NCBI RefSeq assembly: GCF_964204645.1
Contig: NC_134027.1
Coordinates: 2,636,485-2,700,484, forward strand
DNA from: Tubulanus polymorphus
Lineage: Eukaryota > Animalia > Nemertea
Direction: 5' to 3'
Length of the DNA stretch: 64,000 bases
Shown here: positions 61,423 through 64,000 of the stretch, in pieces
How positions within the stretch are numbered: the stretch's first letter is position 1
How the letters are laid out: every line of letters begins with the position of its first letter
The notes under the pieces: generated by a model
Told to the model about the DNA's origin: nothing
Databases searched by the model: none
What the model saw: the letters and a program-made list of their open reading frames with translations, nothing else
Translations under genes and position numbers: made by a program

Positions 61423-63352
61423 ATGATGTCGATATTTAGTGCTTTAGTTATAGCAGCATTGATTTCGCAACAGGTAACAAATAGCTAGTTTTTGTTAAGG
61501 ATCAAAATAGGGAATAAAAAATGTACTTAATGTATGTAAGGCACGACACATTCAATATTGGATATATATATATATATATATTTTACAGGTGACAGGTTCA
61601 TTCTGGAATGCATATAAAAGTAAGTTTTTGAAGACATTAGTAGTCTCTACGTTAATATTTAACAACTGTTTTAAAATACTGTTACAATGTCTATTACTTT
61701 TTATTTGGTGTAAATATTTCAGAAAGTAATCCAGAAGAATTCTCCGGTCAATATGACGGTGACATTTTGTTGCCAAAGGGATTTGGCGTAAGTTCAACGT
61801 CAACAAATCAAATTAAGATAGACTACAATAGGTAATTTTGACACGTTTCCAATACATATATGTAATATATCTTTTCAGTTCAGGAATGCTGGATTATATG
61901 CGCGTAAATGGCCGAACGGTATAGTTCCATACGAAACGGAAGAGGTCGGTAAGTTGACGGACCATTGTGATGGCTGTTATTAGAAGGGGAATATCACTGT
62001 GTGATGACATTTTCATTAGTAATGATTTGCAAATCTCACAGACCGTTCGACTATAACATTTTGCGTTTGGGTTGCCATATTTAGAAGGTCGATTGTTTTA
62101 GCCATGTGTAACTATAAACAGTATTGCCATGCATTGTCTGATGACTATATGATCAATTCTCAATTCATCCGAAATTGTTCCTACATCCAGGAGCTTTGTT
62201 AAGAAACCGAATAGATCGAGCGTTACGATGGTTAGAAGATGTTGTTGGTAGAGACTGCATTCGGTTTGTGCCGAGAACTAACGAGAGAAATTACGTCAAA
62301 GTATTTAGCGGAAGTGGGTAAGATTAATCTGTGGATTATTTTCGAACAGTGACGTGAAAATCTGTAAATACTAAATGAATTATTTTGTCATAATTAGTTG
62401 CTATTCATCTGTTGGAATGAAGGGTGGAGCACAGAAACTCTCTCTGAACCGCCTTGGTTGTTTTGAACATTCAACAATTCAGCACGAGTTTCTCCATGCT
62501 TTGGGATTTTGGCACGAACAAATGCGCCAGGATCGAGACAAGTACCTGCAAATAAACTGGGATAATATCAAGGAGGGTAATTGTACAAACTCATGCTTCA
62601 GTCAAATAAAAGTATAGTTCTTTTTTGCAAATATGATAACACTTTCATTTACACAGATATGAAGTATAACTTTAATAAGATCACCACAAATGACCTGAAC
62701 ACTCCTTACTACTACGGATCTATCATGCATTATGGTAGTTTTACCTTTAGGTAAGTTCAGTTCCTTCATTTGAGACGCATGTAAACATTAATCTGGTACA
62801 ACTCGTAGCATAATTTCACGAACTTGTGGAAAATCGATGAGAGATATGTAAACCCCTTTGATTTGTAGCAAGAATTTAAGAAAAACCATGCAACCGAAGA
62901 ATTTGGAAACTAAAATCGGTGTTCGTAGAATCGTGAAGGAAAATTCCTGGGATGCTAAACGAGTCAGGTTGTTCTATGGATGTACGTATTGTTATATTCA
63001 CTAGAAATAAGTAATTTTAATGAACACTGAAATGCATAATGAAATAATGAACCCGATAAATATTTCAGGTGATCCTCCGCTCAAGTATTGTAAAGATGAT
63101 TACCCAATGTGTAAAACGGTTGACCGCAGTGACTGCATCTTCAATCACGAGATTACCAGTAAATGTAGAAAAACATGTGGTGTTTGTATTCTAAATGGCA
63201 AGTAAACACCTTGGATTATCATAGTATAGAAATCGTTTTTATGAAATTGTTTTTAAAGTTATTGACAAATAGGTTCTAACTAATATCATACATGTGTGGC
63301 CACGTGTTAATATATTCATCTCTTTTTTCTAGAAGAGAATGTGAAGCCGTAA
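61423..63352 (+). CDS. Secreted astacin (M12A) zinc metalloprotease with C-terminal ShKT domain
   Basis: Signal peptide, pro-region YDGDI, WPNGIVPY, HEFLHALGFWHEQMRQDRD, Met-turn SIMHY, ShKT CKDDYPMC...C...CRKTCGVC. Ends at 63205 if the final GC-AG intron is not spliced. Confidence 0.93.
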
Positions 63353-64000
63353 GAGACGCGATACTTAAATACATTCCGTTCTATTCATGTATCATACGAT
63401 AATAAATTTTGTGTAACAAGTAATTGATTTTTTTTTGTTTTCAATGTGTTTTTAATATCTTTGAAATGATTCATATCATGAAATGACTTAACTTTTATCA
63501 TCCGAGAAAAACATTTTTAACCACTTTAACATCTGATTTGATATAAATGAATTAACTAGATATTTCCAAATAACTCAGAATTAGAGGGTGTCAGAGTCCG
63601 CTTTGTAAATGTATGTTTTTAGTTTTGGATAATGAAATGTGTTCGATGAATATCTGGTTTTTACTTTTATACTTGACAATATTTTTCACAATAAAAATTA
63701 ATAGGATTATCACACCCGAGAAAAATATCATCTGATTTACAAAGTGAAGCGTTGACTCGGAGTCGAAGGATTCAGGAGTTAGAGAGATTGTTTCGAAAGG
63801 TTTTAAGAGGATTTAGATCTCGGAGCGCGGAAGCAGCTTTCAAGAGGCCGGCGTTGTGGACAGATCGGAGCTGGTCTCGACATGACGGATAGTAAGTTAC
63901 CAGTTATCGTGCCGTTGGTGGTAAGCTTTTATAATCTGATGGGCTTTGATAATCCGATCGTGAAACTAAACCACGGAAATGTTACTGACTAATGTCTATT

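Overview
AT-rich eukaryotic (animal) genomic DNA with short spliceosomal introns; gene content suggests a marine invertebrate, probably spiralian/lophotrochozoan (inference). The first ~33 kb is gene-sparse and holds two tandem paralogous 5-exon genes for signal-peptide, 12-Cys, putatively GPI-anchored proteins, plus (TA)n tracts and MITEs. The second half is gene-dense: a divergent TRPV5/6-like channel, a PAN/apple + C-type lectin, an intronless 819-aa multi-pass membrane protein of no family I recognise, DLD, a Slob/PXK-like pseudokinase, BRD7/9, RNF212-like and an astacin-ShKT protease. Notable non-coding items: a Penelope-like retroelement remnant with a hammerhead ribozyme in a Slob intron, IS3EU-like palindromic MITEs, three probable GC-AG introns, a multi-hairpin RNA-like segment near 19.3 kb, and an inverted motif pair in the Slob/BRD7 bidirectional promoter. 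All gene models were assembled by eye; no searches were run.
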